Virus record (IMG/VR): IMGVR_UViG_3300021399_000111
Span: 77,936 to 141,935 of that record
Length of the DNA: 64,000 nt
DNA from: a virus
Taxonomy: Duplodnaviria > Caudoviricetes
Direction: 5' to 3' (one strand)
In this document: positions 61,912 to 64,000 of the stretch, piece after piece
Numbering within the stretch: the stretch's first letter is position 1
Layout of the letters: every line of letters starts with the position of its first letter
Translations under genes and position numbers: made by a program
The notes under the pieces: generated by a model
Seen by the model: the letters and a program-made list of their open reading frames with translations, nothing else
Database searches by the model: none
What the model was told of the DNA's origin: nothing

Positions 61912-62070
61912 TTAAGCAGTTTCAAAATCTTCCATAGAAAGAATCTGAATATTGGTATGAGGTAACAGACCTTTTCTCTCAAGGAGGTCAAGAAGATTTT
62001 TCTGCTCAGGAGTTAAACTCAAGAAGCATTGGTCATAAATTTTGGGACCTGTAATAATCACATTTATCAT
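61912..62070 (-). CDS. 52-aa protein missed by the ORF track (family D, copy 2)
   Basis: MINVIITGPKIYDQCFLSLTPEQKNLLDLLERKGLLPHTNIQILSMEDFETA. Confidence 0.75.
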   Translation of the reverse strand: MINVIITGPKIYDQCFLSLTPEQKNLLDLLERKGLLPHTNIQILSMEDFETA

Positions 62071-62309
62071 TTTTTGTTTTCCTCACTTTCTAAAGAAAGT
62101 ATACACCTGCCGCGCAAAAAAGTCAACAGGTAATGTTGCACAAAATTCGGGATCAAAATAATAAAAAATTTGTGCATTTTTTCTATTGACAAAAAATGTG
62201 GGGTATGTTATAATGGAAAGTTTGGTGCGCCGCGACCCATGGCGCACCGCCAAACAAAAAAAGACCCTAGGGGCTTACACCCCTAGGGCTTGTGAGAGGT
62301 CAAGGGCTA

Positions 62310-62711
62310 TCAGCCCTCAACCTCGTCCTCGACCTCTGCAACGGCGAAGCGGGACACCCGCTTCTCGCTGGTCTTGACAACCGCGCCCGCCTTGACAAGC
62401 TGGGTCATCAGAGAGGTAATCTTCTGCGTGTTAAAGTCGGACAGGCGCTCGTCAGCCTTGAGAACCTCGGTGACGGTCATAGGAGCGTCAGCCTTTTCCA
62501 GTACCTCGAAGATAACCGCCTTGATGCACTCGTTCTCGGTCTGGGTCTTCGTAGGCTTGCGGTTAGCGGACTTCTTGTCCAGTGCGGAAATGCGCTCGTT
62601 GGCAAAAGCCACGATGTCCTCTGCGGGAACCTTGGTCGGCTCACCATTTGCCATAGCGATAATTGCGTTAAAGTAATCTCTCTGCGTCATCTTGTTTGCC
62701 ATAATCAACAC
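62310..62711 (-). CDS. Winged-HTH DNA-binding protein (family A, copy 3)
   Basis: Close paralogue of 57081-57443. Confidence 0.75.
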   Translation of the reverse strand: MLIMANKMTQRDYFNAIIAMANGEPTKVPAEDIVAFANERISALDKKSANRKPTKTQTENECIKAVIFEVLEKADAPMTVTEVLKADERLSDFNTQKITSLMTQLVKAGAVVKTSEKRVSRFAVAEVEDEVEG

Positions 62712-63200
62712 CTCTTTCTTTTGTTAAGTTTTAGGGGTTATCCCCTTGCTACAAGAACATTGTACTACTTTTTGTTTGGAATGTCAAGCACTTTTTTTAT
62801 TTTTTATTGCTTGAACCGTTGTTCCTACGGCAAGTCGGGGAGCGTACTGCCCGAAACTTTTTTCATCCCTTTGTTACAAGAACATTGTAACATATCTTTA
62901 TTCAGTTGTCAAGCACTTTTTTTATTTTTTTGAGGAGTGCTAACCTCGTGGAATTGACTGAACAAGTTTGCCTTGCGCGCGCTGAATAGGTTGTCTTGCT
63001 ATCTTTAAGTCGTTTCCCTTACCTTGTAAATACATTATAATATAATTTTTTCTAAAAATCAAGTAGGAATATTGCACAAAATCCAGGATCTTTTTGCGGA
63101 AAATTTTGTGCAAAATTTCACTTGACAAAATTTTAGGGGTATGGTATAATGGAAATTTCGCGCCGCAGCAGTTCTTTGCGGCGCGTCAAAAAAACAGGGG

Positions 63201-63728
63201 TTATGATAACCCCTGTTCCTCTTCAAGAATTCCATTTGCAATGTAGAACGCCTGTAATGCAATCAGCACTTCCGCCCACATCTTCTTGACCTTGCGGGGA
63301 TGCTGACGGCAATACCATACTGCCCAGGCGGTTGCCATAATCTCATCGGGCAGGCTGAAATACTGCCATTCAAGAACCTTTGAGCGGTCTGCGTCTGCGG
63401 TTCCCATTTCTTCGGAAATCCGTTCCTTTTCTGCAATGCAGAAATTATATACCTCAGGACCGATATCATCATTTGCCTTATGATGACCGACTTCATGGAG
63501 CAGAGAGAAGATGAAAGGATACTTGACTTCATAGTCGAAGCGTTCCTTTACAAATTCCTTGAACCAAATATCCCCGATCTCGTTTTCAGTAACCTTATAG
63601 GTTACTTTTTCCTTGTCGTAGTAATAGGCATATTCATCGGAAAGCTGGGCGGACTTGATGCCAAAAGGAGCAAGTTGTGCGGTAACCGCCTGATTTAATT
63701 TTGCCTTACCTTTAACTCTTTTAACCAT
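63201..63728 (-). CDS. HExxH metallopeptidase-like protein (family C, copy 2)
   Basis: LLHEVGH ... YF.LPDE..A.AWA. Confidence 0.7.
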   Translation of the reverse strand: MVKRVKGKAKLNQAVTAQLAPFGIKSAQLSDEYAYYYDKEKVTYKVTENEIGDIWFKEFVKERFDYEVKYPFIFSLLHEVGHHKANDDIGPEVYNFCIAEKERISEEMGTADADRSKVLEWQYFSLPDEIMATAWAVWYCRQHPRKVKKMWAEVLIALQAFYIANGILEEEQGLS

Positions 63729-64000
63729 TTTGTTTACCTCTCTTTCTAAAACCTATTATAGACTATTTGCGGTTAGTTGTCAAGGGCTTTCCGCAAATTA
63801 TTTTTCTGCTCTTGACGAGTAGGGTACTTGGCACTTTTCATAGTGCGAGTGCCAGTGTTAAAGCCATTAGTGTCACGCTGGATTTTCTGCAAGGCTTTGT
63901 AGGCTTTTTTAGTCATTCCCTTTTTATTTCCGATGCTTGCCATTGTCTGTCCCTCACTTTCTAAAAAAATTATATCAAAAAATTATAAAAAAATCAAGTA

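Noticed and set aside
54250-63185. CRISPR array
   Set aside because: Repeats are irregularly spaced iterons or promoter cassettes separated by whole genes; no cas genes
1-64000. Stop-codon reassignment
   Set aside because: Long genes are intact in code 11, TGA and TAG both end real genes, and there is no suppressor tRNA; only one in-frame TGA seen

Overview
This window is a segment of a large, AT-rich lytic phage genome. Nearly all genes lie on the minus strand and read in the standard code. The host is probably a flagellated Clostridia/Lachnospiraceae bacterium (inferred from FliD, the HPr-like protein, the SH3 amidase and sigmaA-type promoters). 1-14.4 kb: type IIA topoisomerase genes separated by a GIY-YIG endonuclease, RNase H, endolysin/holin, PhoH, an RNA-repair set (Pnk, phosphoesterase, RNA ligase), an HPr-like protein, a phosphatase, a flagellar cap gene fliD on the opposite strand, and a Ro60/TROVE-related vWA protein (DUF2828). 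14.4-16.3 kb: tmRNA and 4 tRNAs. 16.3-32.7 kb: DUF285-repeat proteins, a GT2 glycosyltransferase and a tail-fibre operon. 32.8-40.2 kb: an RNA island with 21 more tRNAs, tRNA-like pseudo-RNAs and long structured ORF-free tracts. 40.3-54 kb: small early genes. 54.2-55.4 kb: an iteron-flanked HTH gene (candidate origin). 56.5-64 kb: repeated promoter/operator cassettes and paralogous early genes. Best candidates for undescribed biology: (1) a family of Y-RNA-like RNAs (terminal stem plus ACAGCAA motif, tRNA-like or permuted-tRNA cargo) linked to the Ro-like gene; (2) tRNA-Glu(UUC) split in its anticodon loop by an HNH gene with no ribozyme core; (3) a phage-resident FliD under a putative late promoter; (4) repeated divergent promoter/operator/hairpin cassettes. 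All calls come from reading the sequence; no database searches were run.
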